A DNA stretch of 63,551 nucleotides, counting the filler, from Dugesia japonica (taxonomy: Eukaryota): assembly GCA_001938525.1 (NCBI GenBank). It is 5 parts of 5 records of this genome, joined end to end, with 100 filler letters (N's around TTAATTAATTAA, not from the genome) between each part and the next. Parts side by side here need not be neighbours in the genome. Positions count along the whole stretch, not along the records: positions 1 to 17,369 come from MQRL01500925.1; positions 17,470 to 28,675 come from MQRL01604962.1; 3 more parts are not named here. One strand, written 5' to 3'. The notes below the pieces were generated by a model. It had not been told where the DNA came from. It ran no database searches and saw only the letters and a program-made list of their open reading frames with translations. Shown piece after piece: positions 13,741-27,612 of this stretch. Positions within the stretch are counted from its first letter, which is position 1, and each line of letters starts with the position of its first letter. Position numbers and translations under genes: made by a program.

Positions 13741-15016
13741 TAATCCTTTTATTTCATATTATAGTTTTTAAAATAAATACGAATTTATTTTATTTATAGC
13801 GAATTGCTCTTTGCTTTTTATGCATTACAATGATCTTTTTTAAAAATATTTTTACCACAACAACATTATGTGTACTAACTGGATAAAATCGTGATTTTAT
13901 CATGAATCTGGAATCTAAAATTTACAGGAAATGAGATGCCATAATTATTACGTATATTTTCCTTGTTATATGTACGTATAAATATTGTTATGTATTTTGT
14001 TGTCTCAAATGCGATGTTAGTTTTGCTGTTATAAAATAGAATGGTTGATATCTATGATGAAATCAATTAAATAAATAAAATTTTTAGATACCGAAATAAT
14101 TTATTGCTATTATTACATGATTTGGTAGCTTAGTTGTGAAACCGGTGTTTTTTATTTATGTAATGAGAAATGTTAGATAGGTAAACATATAAGATTTGAA
14201 ATAAAATTTCACCAGTAAATTTGATTCTGGTTTTAAAATTGAAATTTTAATGAAAATATATATTTAATCTTTAATAATCAAGAGTATTGAAATTATGTTC
14301 AGAAGGATTAAAATTTATTTCAAAAATTAGTTTCAAGTAAAATGGAACATCCTAAAAATTAATAATCTTACAACTTCTTGTCTTTTAAAAGTTAAAGTAT
14401 GTTGAACATAGGACAGACAACAGTGAATTCATGAACATTCATATTTAAGTAGAATTTTTAAAGTTTAATTGTATTTTAGTTAGAAATTGTATCTTAAAGA
14501 TAAGAAAAGTTGTCCATATAATTTTTTCTGCTTTATAATTTGGATTCATAATATGAACGAGAAATGCATGAATCATTAGTAATCTCTTGGTTCTTAAGTT
14601 TTGTACATATTTAATATTCAGTCGGTCATTTTTAGAATTTTTTAACATTTATTAAAAATCTTATTTTGTTTTTCAATAATTTAAATTTTTTTTGTAAGAG
14701 TAATTACTAATGTTATAATTTACATGGTGGAGTCAATAAATTTTAACACCTCCATAGTTTGTTATTGAATTTTATTTTTGATAAGATAACTGGTGACTTG
14801 TATTTTGGACACTATTTTTCTGCAATGAACTCTTTTTTCAAACAAAGAGCATGGGATTTTGTGTTTTAGCCAAAACAATTCGTTTCGAACAATAAATTAT
14901 CATTGTTCAAATATTTGTTTTATTGCTAAGTGTTTTTGTTGAAATATTATTATATAAATCTACAAAATTACGTTTATAATTTATAATGAAAAAAACATTT
15001 ATATGCATGTCTCAAT

Positions 15017-15180
15017 CTATTCACAATCATTAATCTTTTTATACTTTTGACATAAAATTGTGGTTTTAGAATGTTCACAACAAACTTTATTTTTGCAAAT
15101 TTTACAAATCTTTGTTTTTCTCCTGTTATTTTTTCTTGGACAAATGTAACATCTCTTTCGTTTGCTAGCAGAAGAAATCA
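15017..15180 (-). mobile_element. piggyBac transposase C-terminal cysteine-rich domain remnant
   Basis: Minus strand reads SKRKRCYICPRKNNRRKTKICKICKNKVCCEHSKTTILCQK then stop, the piggyBac CRD cysteine spacing. Not in the ORF track. Confidence 0.75.
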
Positions 15181-15715
15181 TTTTTGAAAATCTTTTTTAG
15201 CTCCATATGATTATGGATAAAATTTCATGAGGATAGGTGAAAAATTATGCTTTGATAATAAACCAACTTTATAAAATTTACAAAATACTGAAGTTGGTAT
15301 ATTTTTTACACCAACGTCACCAGTTAAGGGTTATGGGAGTTCTATGGTGTTCTTTTATTTTCTTATTTCAATTCTGTTTTTTACTGTAATTTTAATGAGA
15401 TATTTGGTTCATTCCAAGCATTTTACTAAAAGATTCTCTAATCAATTCACTGAATTTTAACAGTTGTTACTTAACTAATCTTTCGATTCCTCGATAACTG
15501 TCGTTTATCTCATTTTAGATTAGGGTATTTTAACACACTATTATGAAATATTTAAACTGAAATCTGTAACACAAACTTGTTATAATAGTTCTCATTTAAA
15601 AAGTAAAAAAAATGTTAATTTTTATTTTCAAATTTATATCATCAATTATATATACTTGTAATATTATTAATAATTTTTTATATAATCTAAGTAAATTTCA
15701 TTTTGTTTAATTTAG

Positions 15716-15786
15716 TTGAATATTTCGAGTTTGTCAGAAAATTATAGAGACGTATCGATTAGTTCTATGAATACTTGTGATAACAG
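15716..15786 (+). CDS. Small internal exon of the block-1 gene (LNISSLSENYRDVSISSMNTCDN)
   Basis: tttag| ... CAG|GTAC; phase 0 in, matching the 11265 donor. Confidence 0.65.
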
Positions 15787-17369
15787 GTACATTGAATTTT
15801 ATGTATATTTTCTAATATTTTTCCAGACATGTACTTTGAAATTAACATAAATATTAGATATTACTTAATAAATATATATGAATAATTTTCAAAAAAAGTT
15901 TACAATATGAGAAACCTTTTTACATGTAAAAGCAATTAGTAAATTTTCTATTGTTTTTTGATAGTTTGCGCAAATCACCATTACACGTATGCTTCCTTTT
16001 TTAAAAAAGTTTACGAGATCTTTTTAAATGGATAATTTCAAATCGTTAGATTCAAGATAGAAAATTTTAATTTATTGGATTTTGAAAATTAATACCGTTA
16101 CTTTATTTTATTCTATTTAAATTTTGTAAGTCTTACGTTCACTCACACATATTATATACATTGTCCAACAATAAATATGCTATCGCTCTAAAATTAACCA
16201 TACTTTATATATATTTGATTTTTGTGCTTTTCAAAGATTTACCTGTGGAATATTAGTTAATTATGTATGATAAAAATCTTGACCACTCGTGGTTGATTGC
16301 AAAAACTATATTTTTATTATTAATTCAGATACAATTATCAGTTAATTGGTAAACTTCGAAGGTCTCTGATTAACAATTGTTTATTATTGTACCAAATTAC
16401 ATTAAATATATAAATAAAGTGTATTGTATTATCTTGCATATTATATATGGGTAGCGCAACAGATATTTGAAATACCAAATTTACAAATGTCGACTACTTT
16501 ACAAGCATTTATATAAATCTGTGAAAATCAGGCTAGTTACAATATCGATTGCAGCGCCATCTATGAAGATTTGAAAAATGTTTTTGTACAAAAGTTTTCG
16601 TATTTTTAGACCATGCAAGTCGAATCTACAATCAACTCAATACGTCAACAAAATCTTAAAAAATCAATTAACTCAATGAAACCTCTTAAATACTATACAA
16701 TCAGATACATTCATTTTATGTCTTAGTCTGTTCATGGAGTAACTACTTTCAAATTTTTGTCAATCTTTTTGAAATGAGAAATTAAAATCAGTGTTTTCAT
16801 TAAATATTGAACTATTATACGCCAAGCTTACGTTAGACAGATTTGTAATCATCCTAGAAATGTTTGTTGCGGTTCGAACAATATTCATATCAACTATACA
16901 AATTTTAGCACAGTTTCACTAAGTGGCCGCCAGTTAGAACTACCATTCAAACATACCACAACAAACCTGTGGTCGCCGGTCAAACAACGAAGGTGTTGTC
17001 GCCGATCAAATATATCACAGCAAAGTTGTAGTAGCCAGTGAAAATAAGGTGAGTCGAATATCAACTCAGCAGTCAAAAACAACAACCGAAATTAGTAAAC
17101 CATCAGTTAAAAATAAGTCAGGTTGCCATAGGTAAGTCAACCAGGTAAAAATTAGTTAGTCAGTCCAAAGTGGCTGATCTAGGTAGTCGTGGTGCAGTGC
17201 TGTATTATCTACCTACTTTATCTCTAAGTCAATCGATGCAACAATTAACGAAACTAATAACTTTTTCATGATATTTTTAGAAAATTTATATTCTTTAAAT
17301 TATAGAATAAAAAATCTGTTTCGATTTTATATGTAGTTTTGGTGAATTGGTTCTGTTTTGTAATATAAT

Positions 17370-17469
17370 NNNNNNNNNNNNNNNNNNNNNNNNNNNNNNN
17401 NNNNNNNNNNNNNTTAATTAATTAANNNNNNNNNNNNNNNNNNNNNNNNNNNNNNNNNNNNNNNNNNNN
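17370..17469. other. Artificial contig linker
   Basis: 44 N + TTAATTAATTAA + 44 N. Confidence 0.95.
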
Positions 17470-19010
17470 ACAAAGTTCAGTGGACAGATGAAAATAAAGA
17501 ATATTTTTACAAGCTAAGTAAAAGGTTGATAGAACTACCAGTAATAGCTTTCCCAACAAAGGATGGAAAATCTATCTTGAATAATAATGCTTCTCAACTG
17601 GTGCTGTATTTTCTCAAGTACAAGATGGTGAGGAACGAGTATTATATTATGCATCGAAGACACTAACAAAAAGTCAAAGACAGTACTGCATCATAAAAAA
17701 AGATCTTCTGACAATATATGTGTTTGTCCTCAAGTTTAAGCACTATTTAATGGGATCACAATTTGTGGTACGAATGGATGCTTAATTAGGATAGACCAAA
17801 TACGTCGCAATACTGCATATGGAAAGCTGAATTGGAAATCTTTGATATGATCGTAGAATTTAGAAAAAGCCGTGAACATATTAATGCTGATGCACTTTCA
17901 CGATTATCAAATTGCGAGCAGTGTTTAATAAAACATGAGGATCCAAAAAGGAAAAGAAACGTTAAAATATACAAATCAACAGACAAAGATGAGGAACAAA
18001 GTATTTGCTCAGAAAAGTTTTAAATAAAATATACCACGAAGACAAATGGGAACAAAGAAAAGACATAAATATATGAATAATACTACAATCATTTTGAAAT
18101 ATCATAAATTATTGGGTCATTCAGGAGTGGAGAAACAACAAGAGTTATCAAAAATGAATATTATTGGCCATATATAGACAAGAACATAAGAGAACCACTA
18201 TCAAACTTTAAACAGTGTAATTCGCATAAATATATTAACGGAAGAATTAAAGCACCATTACAGAATATATCCAAAAAAGAACCATTTCAAAGTATTNNNN
18301 NNNNNNNNNNNNNNNNNNNNNNNNNNNNNNNNNNNNNNNNNNNNNNAGTATTTGCTCAGAAAAGTTTTAAATAAAATATACCACGAAGACAAATGGGAAC
18401 AAAGAAAAGACATAAATATACGAATAATACTACAATTATTTTGAAATATCATAAATTATTGGGTCATCCAGGAGTGGAGAAACAACAAGAGTTATCAAAA
18501 ATGAAAATTATTGGCCGTGTATAGACAAGAACATAAGAGAACCACTATCAAACTTTAAACAGTGTAATTCGCATAAATATATGAACGGAAGAATTAAAGC
18601 CCCATTGCAGAATATATCCAAAAAAGAACCATTTCAAAGTATTGCAATAGATATTACAGGACCATTTACACCAACGCAATATGGTTATAAATATATTCTT
18701 GGACTTGTGGATTATTTTTTCAAGTTTATTTGTTTAATTCTATTGCGAACAATAACAACTGAAGATATATGTGAAGCTCTTTGGATACATTGGATATCCA
18801 AGTTTGGAATACCTAGTCNAATTCACTCGGATTGTGGTAGTAAATTTAGTTCAGATGCATTTCAGAAATATTGCAAACAATTGGGAATCGTTAAAACAAT
18901 TTCATCTCCATATTACCCTTAAGGAAACTGATTAGTAGAAAGATTATTTAGAACTGCGAAACCTATGATTAGTGCATATAAAGTAACAAAAAAATTAATG
19001 AATGAACTTA
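17470..19010 (+). mobile_element. Ty3/gypsy pol remnant (RNase H and integrase)
   Basis: ERVLYYASKTLTKSQRQYC, HINADALSR, PFQSIAIDITGP, FGIPSxIHSDCGSKF, SSPYYP. Confidence 0.92.
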
Positions 19011-19429
19011 CACTTTGCTTGATGAAAATAGAAAAACTTTAATTCAAAGAAATTACAACCAAATCAAAAAAATAACAAGGGATGAACTTTCTTACAAGTC
19101 ATGGAGCACACAAATATCAGTAAGAAGTAAACAGAAAAAGCCTTACCAATACAACCTGACCGAAAAATTGAGAGCGATATCAGAAGACGTTATCCAGAAA
19201 GAATGACAAGGAATCTGAATTCTCAATATCGATAAAGCAAAAAGAGAAATGTGGTATATTTAAATTATGATATTTAAATATATCTAAATTCAAATTATTG
19301 AATATTTAAAATTAAATATTCAAAATATNNNNNNNNNNNNNNNNNNNNNNNNNNNNNNNNNNNNNNNNNNNNNNNNNNATAATTTTAACTAGTTAATAAT
19401 CTTATTATTTAATATCTACATTTATATAA

Positions 19430-22400
19430 CAAGAGTCATTACATCAAATTCTTTGCGGATTTCACTAGGTATAATACCCTGGATATAAATTAATATTGGG
19501 CTCACTATATGGAATCCCTACAAAGTAATATGTCCAGCAAAAAAGCAACGACATAAAAAATCGATAGACTAATACACGATCTATCGATGAAATTTCTAGT
19601 AACATAAAATCAATTCTAAACGAGCATGCATTACAGTTTTGTANCATTTTTTATTGCTCTTGATAAGAGTCTAGATCCTGCATATACAGCTAGATTAACT
19701 ATTTTTATTCTTGGCGTTGAAAGTAAATTTAGTTGTTTAGAAGAGTTACTTGCTTTTCAACCTCTAAATGATACTACAAAATAGAAAACATTTTTGAAGA
19801 ATTAAAACCGGTTTTTAATCAGTTTGAATTTAGTTGGGAGAGTAAATAAATTTTCTACTTATTGTGCTACAAATTCATTATTCACTTCAGTATTTCAGTT
19901 CATTATACATCAACAAAATTTATGCGCAAAATCAGTGAAATTTATTTATATAATAAAAACGGTAGTTTTTTGTAAAAATTTGATTAAATCAAAGAACTTT
20001 AAATCACCATAAATTTAAAAATTTTCTATAAGATGTTCAGTCCAATTATGAAGATTTTACTTTTTATTGTGAAGTGCGTTGATTAAGTAAAAAAATGTAT
20101 TTGAAAGATTTTACGATTTAAAAGTCGAGGTATTTATATGAATGGAAACACTGTAGAAAAGCTTATAAGCACAAAATATCTCTGTTATTTCGCATTTCTC
20201 GTTGAGGATACGACTCATATCAACATATTTAATTCTATATTGCAAACTCAAAACCAACTATTTCGTGACGCTTAGTGGCAGATTAAGTCATTTCAAAATA
20301 TAAAGGAATAATTTCAACNAATAATTATTAAGATAAATTATTTTTATTGATTATTTTTTATTACAAGTCGTTTTGTTGAATGAATTATAGTTTTAATTTG
20401 AAAATTCAAATACAATGAAAATTTTATGAAAAACTCGAAAATGACATTAGTAGTATTGAAGCAAAATTTGGGAGACTAATCTATAAGTTAGTGCTATTGA
20501 CAAGAACTTTAAGCATTATGAAGATTAAAGAGAATTTACGGTTATTCAAAATAGTTAGAAATAGTGATGTTTTATGGCTGATAAATTGGATGTTGGACGC
20601 GCACATCTGAAAAACACAAAATAATTACAAGTGGTTAACCAATTACAAATTATTATGTCATACAGGAGTTTAAAAGGTGTACAGATATATTAAAGACAAA
20701 TACATTGCAAAAATAATTTGTGGAGCCAAGTACAGAAGATATGTCCTAGTTTTGAAATTTGTTAAAAGGCCAAAATAGTAACAACAGAAATAGATTAGAT
20801 TAGTAATATTTACAGGTATATGTGGGCCAATGGTTTAAAACAATATATACTTAAAATAATAGACCAATTCAGTAAATATCTGGTTCTTATAGCACCGCCT
20901 AGACAAGACGAGGAAACAATACGATAAGCTCTTTGTGAGAAGAGAATATTGAGATTTGGAAGTTCAAGAGAGATAAGAATAGATTGTGGAAAAGTCTTTG
21001 AATCCAGAGTTATGAGAGAATTTGCACAGAAGCTAGACATTAAACTTGGCTTTTCAAGACCATATCATCACAATGCAAACAAACAAATTGATAGACAGTT
21101 CAGAACAATCAGAGGTTTAATTAANGCAACACTTAAAGAGAGAAANACAACAGATTTGTCAGCATCTTACCAGAAATAGAATTTATACTGAACGCAACAA
21201 AACAGAAGACGACTGAAAAGAGACCAGCTGAGATCGTATTTGGAATGAGAATTAGTAGAGAAGAGTGGTACGAGTCAAAAGCTTTAGAGAAAACTAAAAA
21301 TGATTTCAGAAGTAACTACTAATAGAGAATTCAAAGTATGAGATTATGTCTTCATCAAGTTAGAAACAAAAAATAAAAGACAAGACAGATTTAAAGGCGC
21401 TCATTGAATAATTGAGACAATTCATGGAAAAAGGTATGTAGTACAAAGAGAAAANGAAAAGCAATTGGAGAGAAATGGGGAAAATTTAGAAAGTTTTTTA
21501 AAAACGGGGATATAAGGGAATTATATGAGCCAATCGGAATTAAGATAAATTATTTTTATTAGTTTTCATTACAATTTGTGTGGTTTTAAAACCATTGATC
21601 TGTCAATAAATAAATTCGTTTTTAAAAACAAATAATTTCTTTTTTTTAAAATTATTTAACAATCAAAGATTGTTGCTGTTCTTTTATTTTCAATATGTCG
21701 CCATAGCCTTCTTCAGTAAATCCTTAATACAAACTTTGTCATAATGAGAATTCACAAATAAAAAAGAAACTGTTGAAGAATCAATCATTAGTGCCACATA
21801 TTCGACCGCTAACAGTGATATAAAACGTGTTCTTATAGACAACCCTGAACAATGCAAAAGGCGATATCCAACGAGAGAGAGGAAGCGAAATCTCAAATAT
21901 ATATTCAACTCTTAAAAGAAAAGGGATAAAATCATAATAGCTTTGAAGCATTTGCGAACGAATTACAATTTGTAATGAAAGAATTTAACACTAGATGTCG
22001 AGTTTTTGCTGTCAAGAATTAGGCTTGAAAATATATTCACCGCGATTTGATGTTGACTTGAAACTTATGTACAAATGGAGCTGATTGTGTTGAAAGAAAA
22101 ATCCAATCTCAAACCAATATTAAAAAACGTGCCATTACCTTTTAAGAAAAATATTTTCCAACTGATAAATTTCAAAAACTAGCATCTTTTGTTCAACAGA
22201 AAATTGTGTCATTTGGAAATACTTATAAANGCTAGCAGTAATTTTTGTAACTTAAGTTTGTTAAATGAAAAACAAGATTAAGAAAGCACATTACGTGTAG
22301 CGAAATTAAATATTAGTCCAAATACTGATTGTCTTGTCTGTAAAATGAAAACTCCTCATATAGTATCATCATAAAATATGTACTTATTATTTGTTCCAGT

Positions 22401-22605
22401 CTATTTTCATATTTGAAAAACTTATAAAAATAATTTATATTTGTCTGACCAAACTGATTAATTATCTAAATTTTTATTTTTTTGGTCATTTTATTTAAAT
22501 ATCATGACTCATATTATTCGTTAATATTTGTTAGTTATAAATCAGACCCGAAATTTGATATGATTGTTTTCTGGTCCGCGGTAACGACTACGTTGCACAG
22601 GCCTG
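19430..22605 (+). mobile_element. Decayed SPIN/Buster (GTF2IRD2-like) hAT element split by a gypsy insertion
   Basis: IALDKSLD, EELLAFQPLNDTT, IIHQQNLCAK, CEVR*LSK before the insertion and SFGNTY after it; terminus gttgcacaggcctg is a CAGG-type hAT end. Confidence 0.8.
20560..21520 (+). mobile_element. Ty3/gypsy integrase remnant nested in the hAT element
   Basis: IIDQFSKY, IRIDCGKVFES, RPYHHNAN, purine-rich tract at ~21500. Same family as 25780-27350. Confidence 0.85.
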
Positions 22606-23067
22606 ACTTGAACTTTATACTTTGAAGGCTATGGTCAAAAACCCTCATGTCTGTGCCTTATTCTGAAATTAAATGTTGTAATTTTTTATTGATCCACATA
22701 AATATTGAAGAAATGAGGCAGGGATTTGAGAATAAAGTTGGCACTAAAAAAACCTAACGTCATTGCTTAAATTTTTACATATTATTTGAACTTTTATTTT
22801 TTTTTCTGCAAATTTCTAATGTATTGTTAATAAAAATTGTTAGAGCAAAAATAATACCAATATTCAAAAGTGTAGAGATATCTTTGAATTCATATTATTT
22901 TTAAAACATATTTATCTTTTCCTAATTAAAACTTTGGAAATTGATCAGTAAATATCGGAAAGAATTTTCATTTAGCAGTTCAATTAAATATGAAAAAACT
23001 GAATAAATTATTATTTAAATCGTTTAATAATAAAATTTATAATTATAAATTTTCAATAAAATAAAAT

Positions 23068-24105
23068 ATGTATAAACATCAATCAGATGTTTCTGGCTTT
23101 CCTTATTTCTCTCAATTTACTAAAAACAGTAGTGGTATTACTTTTCTTCGAAAAGAAAAAAAATCCTTAACACATGTTTGGAATCCGAATGATGATCATC
23201 CAACTTCAGGCTCAAATTATTGCTTATTTTGTCATGTGGAATTTTCAGGTTTGATTCAATGGCATGCTCACATGGCCTCATATATTCATAAGACTCCGTC
23301 GCTTCCAGAACCTCAAGCTACACAACAGCATAAAGAGCAATTAATTCTATGTAAAATTTGTAAACAAGAAGTTCTAATTTTAACAGTAAATACTCATCGT
23401 TGCTTTCTCAATGAGGTTACCAAATTGCAAGAGATTGTTGACAATTTTAATAATTCTTATTGTCCATTAATATGTATTTTATGCAAAAAAGTTAAAGTAT
23501 TTAGCTCTCAAGCAGCACTTCAGATACATATAATTACTAGGCATAGTCCTATGAAACATCCTAGGCGATGCAGTCTGTGTAATTCTCAATTCAGAACAGC
23601 CGATGTTAGTGTTCATGAAGCTCATGCTGTTGATGTGCATGGTCCTGAACTTAATTTTTTATATTACAGATTAACTGAACATGCATCTAGTAAAAAGCAG
23701 AAGGAAGGAATAAGATATACATGCGCGCTATTTTATTATTCACATAGCCAACATAAAGACATTTTGAGTAATTGTGAAAATATTAACGATTTATTTGAAT
23801 TAACTACACATACTTTATGCTATCATGGATTTGTGCCATTAAAAAGGTTTACAGATCAGTTTCAAACAGAAGAAATATCTGTTATATCAAGCTATAGAAG
23901 TATTATGAAAATTGATTGTAAATATTGCGGATTTCAAGCTGGAAGTGTATTACAACTTAATGATCATATACTACAAAATCATACTTTGGAACTATTGTTG
24001 CGAAAGGATTTTATTCAAAAGAAAAAATTATTTGTCGGAAAAATTCCTATGAATCTAACCTGTTTTTACTGTGTTACTCTCTATACCTCAGTTTCTGAAC
24101 TACAA
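23068..24105 (+). CDS. Multi-C2H2 zinc-finger protein, 5' exon
   Basis: Intact 346 codons with repeated CxxC...HxxxxH units (CLFC..HMASYIH, CILC..HIITRH, CSLC..HAVDVH, CKYC..HILQNH). Ends mid-finger at donor CAA|GTTAG. Confidence 0.85.
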
Positions 24106-24171
24106 GTTAGTTAATTTTAATTTATTTATTTGACAAAAATAGTTTTCCATTGTGCAATTTATAATTTGTTA

Positions 24172-24609
24172 TCAGGGATCGGCAATTTATTTTAGTAGTC
24201 GAGCATATTTTTAAAATATCAAATTTTTGTGATCACAAAACACACCCCAGGAAAACTACCACTTCAAATACACAGGAACACAAACTACTTCGTATGATCA
24301 GCTTATTTTTCATCCTCAGGATTCTCGTATACGAAACGAGTATTGTAGGGAAAGAAAATATTTAGTTTAGTATATGCATAAACAGATGTCTCTAGTAGTT
24401 AGAAATTTTGAGTGAGTCCTAAGTCAGAATTTAAGTTTAAGTCGTTAACCATAAATTGTACAATTATTAAAATAGAGAAATTAAAATCACATTGTCCAAT
24501 TTTTACGACTTTACTAAATTTGTATTACATCTATGAATATTTACTAATTTTTAGATATGAATGGGGGAACTTTAAAATTATCTCGCTGGCACCACTTTAC
24601 TGACTCCTG
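24172..24609. mobile_element. Possible hAT/Charlie-type MITE
   Basis: Imperfect ends cagggatcggcaa / ttactgactcctg; no clear 8-bp target duplication. Confidence 0.4.
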
Positions 24610-25779
24610 GTTTATATAATTATACAACATAAAAGAAATATTGAGGATCGAAATTATTATTTAAAATCGAATATATTTATAGTTGGAAGCTAAGAGCCAT
24701 TAAATAGTTTTTTTATTTACTCTTTTTATTTTATTCTAGATCAGAGTTTCACAACCATTTTAATAATCAAGACCCACTTAGTCTTTCTAAATTTTTAATG
24801 CATTTTATGTAAAATATACATAAGTTTTAATATTCAAAAATTGGATAATGCACTAAATAAAACCTAACTAGAGTTTGTTTTTAGAAACATGACTTAGATT
24901 TTAGGAAGAAATTCAAGTACAAATTAATTTTCATGAAAGATCTTTCTATNNNNNNNNNNNNNNNNNNNNNNNNNNNNNNNNNNNTTTAATATTCAATATG
25001 AGATCATTTCTAGAATATTGTACTATATTTAATGAGATCCTTGTACTTGATGCATATTGCAGAAAGACTTTATCGTATGATCAGCTTCAGTTTCAGGTCT
25101 CACAATTTTTGGCATAAAGTCGATTTCACTTCTCTAATAACAAATTATTTCACTTTCAAATTGATAAGGAAAGTTTTTAGGAACAGTTCTTTTGGAAATT
25201 TGAAAGAATTTGAATGATTAATTTGTTTCATCACAAAGCCATGCCATCACTCATTTTGTATTGAATAAAATTTTAACTGACTCATTATTTTGCATTTCCG
25301 AAAGCTATCTTTGATATTGGATTTTTTTCCTTGATATCAGTCAAACCCACTAACATAAGCTGTGCTATCCGTATTGGTATTTCAGTTTGTTTCAAATCAG
25401 AAAATATTTCATTTAAATCAAATTATACATTATACAAATTATACATATAAAATTAATTTTTAAAATATAATTTTACGCTATCAGTTGCGCGTTTACGTAT
25501 TAACGCATTTGACACGCGCCTAAGGCTTCCGATCTATTGAAAAACCTTTTTACATAGAAAAAACATTAGTGAATTTTGACTTCAATAATTTATTGTAAAT
25601 ATAACCAATTTTAATTTCACAGTTTAGCATTCGCATAAACGTTTGCTGCACTAATATAATATAAATTTAATCAAGGTAATTGAAATTGTCAAGACGTAAG
25701 CATTAAATTTTTCTTGTTCTTTTGTATATGTTTATTATAATGTATTATTCGAAATAAATCTGCTTTTTTTTGAATATTG

Positions 25780-27350
25780 ATTGTAGCGGACCAAGCAACA
25801 AGAAATTAGAATTGACAGTTGAAATAAACGATACTTTTGAGGGTCTGAAGAAAACTGTAATGCCTTCGCCAATATTGTGTTTTCCATGCATAAACAAAGA
25901 TTTTATTTTAGATACAGATGCTAGTATTGATACAATTGGAGTAATATTGTCACAGAAAGATAAAGAAAGAAGAGAAAGAGTTGTTGCCTATGGATCANNN
26001 NNNNNNNNNNNNNNNNNNNNNNNNNNNNNNNNNNNNNNNNNNNNNNNNNNNNNNNNNNNNNNNNNNNNNNNNNNNNNNAAACATTACTTGTACGGTAAAG
26101 GATTTACCAGATGATAAAGCTTTTACTTTCATGATGACGACGAAGAAACCAATTACGTCACCATTCCAGACATGGATTAATTATCTGAGTAGTCTAGACA
26201 TAGTTTTGGAATATAGAAAAGGAATCCAACATAGTAATGTAGATATGTTATTTAGACCAAGATGTGAAGTATGTGTACAATGTCAAATGTCTATTGAAGA
26301 TGCCAAGAAAAGAAAGATTAAAACGAGAATACTGAGCATAATTGAAAATGAAAAAGAAGAGCATTTAAACATTTCTGAGTAAACAGATTTAGGCAAGAAA
26401 ATAAAAATTCCGGATGACAAAATATATGAGATAATAGAAGAAATACATAAAATGTTATATCTTGCAGGAGTTGAAAAGATGTACAAATATATGAGAAACA
26501 AATATTTTGCGAAAAATTTGTGGAGCCAAATACAAAAGATAGTTCGTACTTGTGAAATTTGACAGAAGACCAAGGTAGTGACAATAGCAACTAAAAAGAA
26601 GACAAAGAGCTTAGAAGCTACCAATTTATTTGAGGTGATATTCCCAGATATATGTAGGCTAATGTGGGAAACAAGTCGACGGAAAAAATATATTCTTGAA
26701 ATAATCGACTTTTACAAAAAATATATAGTTTTTATAGTATTACCCATGCAAAACTAAAATAATACGATAAACCTATTTTGAAAAGTGGATATTGATGTCC
26801 AAGAGTGATAAGATTAGATTGTGAAAAATTCTTTGAATCCAGAGTTATGAGAGAGTTTGCACTGAAGCTAGATATTAAACTTTACTTTCGAATCTCTATC
26901 ATCAACTACNNNNACGGACAAATTGAAAGCCACTTCAGAACAATATGAAATTGAACTAATGCAATACTTCAAGAAAGAAAGACAATAGAGTTGTTCAGAT
27001 ATTTTCCAGAAATAGAATTTACAATGAACGCAGCAAAGCAGAAGACAACTGGAAAGAGCCCAGTTGTGATCGTATTTGGAAAGATAATTAGCAGAGAAAA
27101 ATGGTATGAGTCAGGTGTTTCAGATAAAACTATAGAAAACACTTCAGACGTGATTACTAACAGAGAATTCAAAGTGCGCGATTTTGTACTCATTAAGATA
27201 GAAAGAAGAAATAAAAGTCAAGACAGATTTGAAGGACCTTATCGAATAATTTAGAAAATTTAAGAAAGACGGTATGCGGTACAAGGATAAAATTGACAGC
27301 GATATGGAAGAAATTTGGAAAAACTTAAAAGTTTCTTAAGAAGGAGGATA
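25780..27350 (+). mobile_element. Ty3/gypsy pol remnant (RNase H and integrase)
   Basis: FILDTDAS, ERVVAYGS, LEYRKGIQHSNVD, TTGKSP, DRFEGPYRI; polypurine tract aagaaggagga at ~27340. Confidence 0.92.
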
Positions 27351-27483
27351 TAAGAAATAATTATTATTTAATAATTTGAGCCAATATAAAGTGATTAAAT
27401 TGATTATTAATATTTAATTAATTCTAATCACTTATAATTATCTAATCAAATATCTGATTTAGTGGTGAAATAAATGAAATACA

Positions 27484-27612
27484 AGTCAATTCCAGACGAA
27501 CACAAAGTCGAAATATCGAAGTAATATCAAAAACAAAAAAAACCAATTTTGATTGAAGCTTTTATTTTAATTACATCCAACAATTATTCTCGCTATAATT
27601 GCAATTGTAAAA
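27484..27612 (+). mobile_element. Penelope pseudo-LTR copy with degenerate hammerhead core
   Basis: gtcaattccagacgaacacaaagtcgaaatatcgaa followed by the family tail caacaattattctcgc. Confidence 0.75.

Noticed and set aside
18000-18643. Tandem duplication inside the gypsy integrase
   Set aside because: Straddles an N gap; assembly overlap artefact. The same applies to 30568-31190 and 57481-57626.
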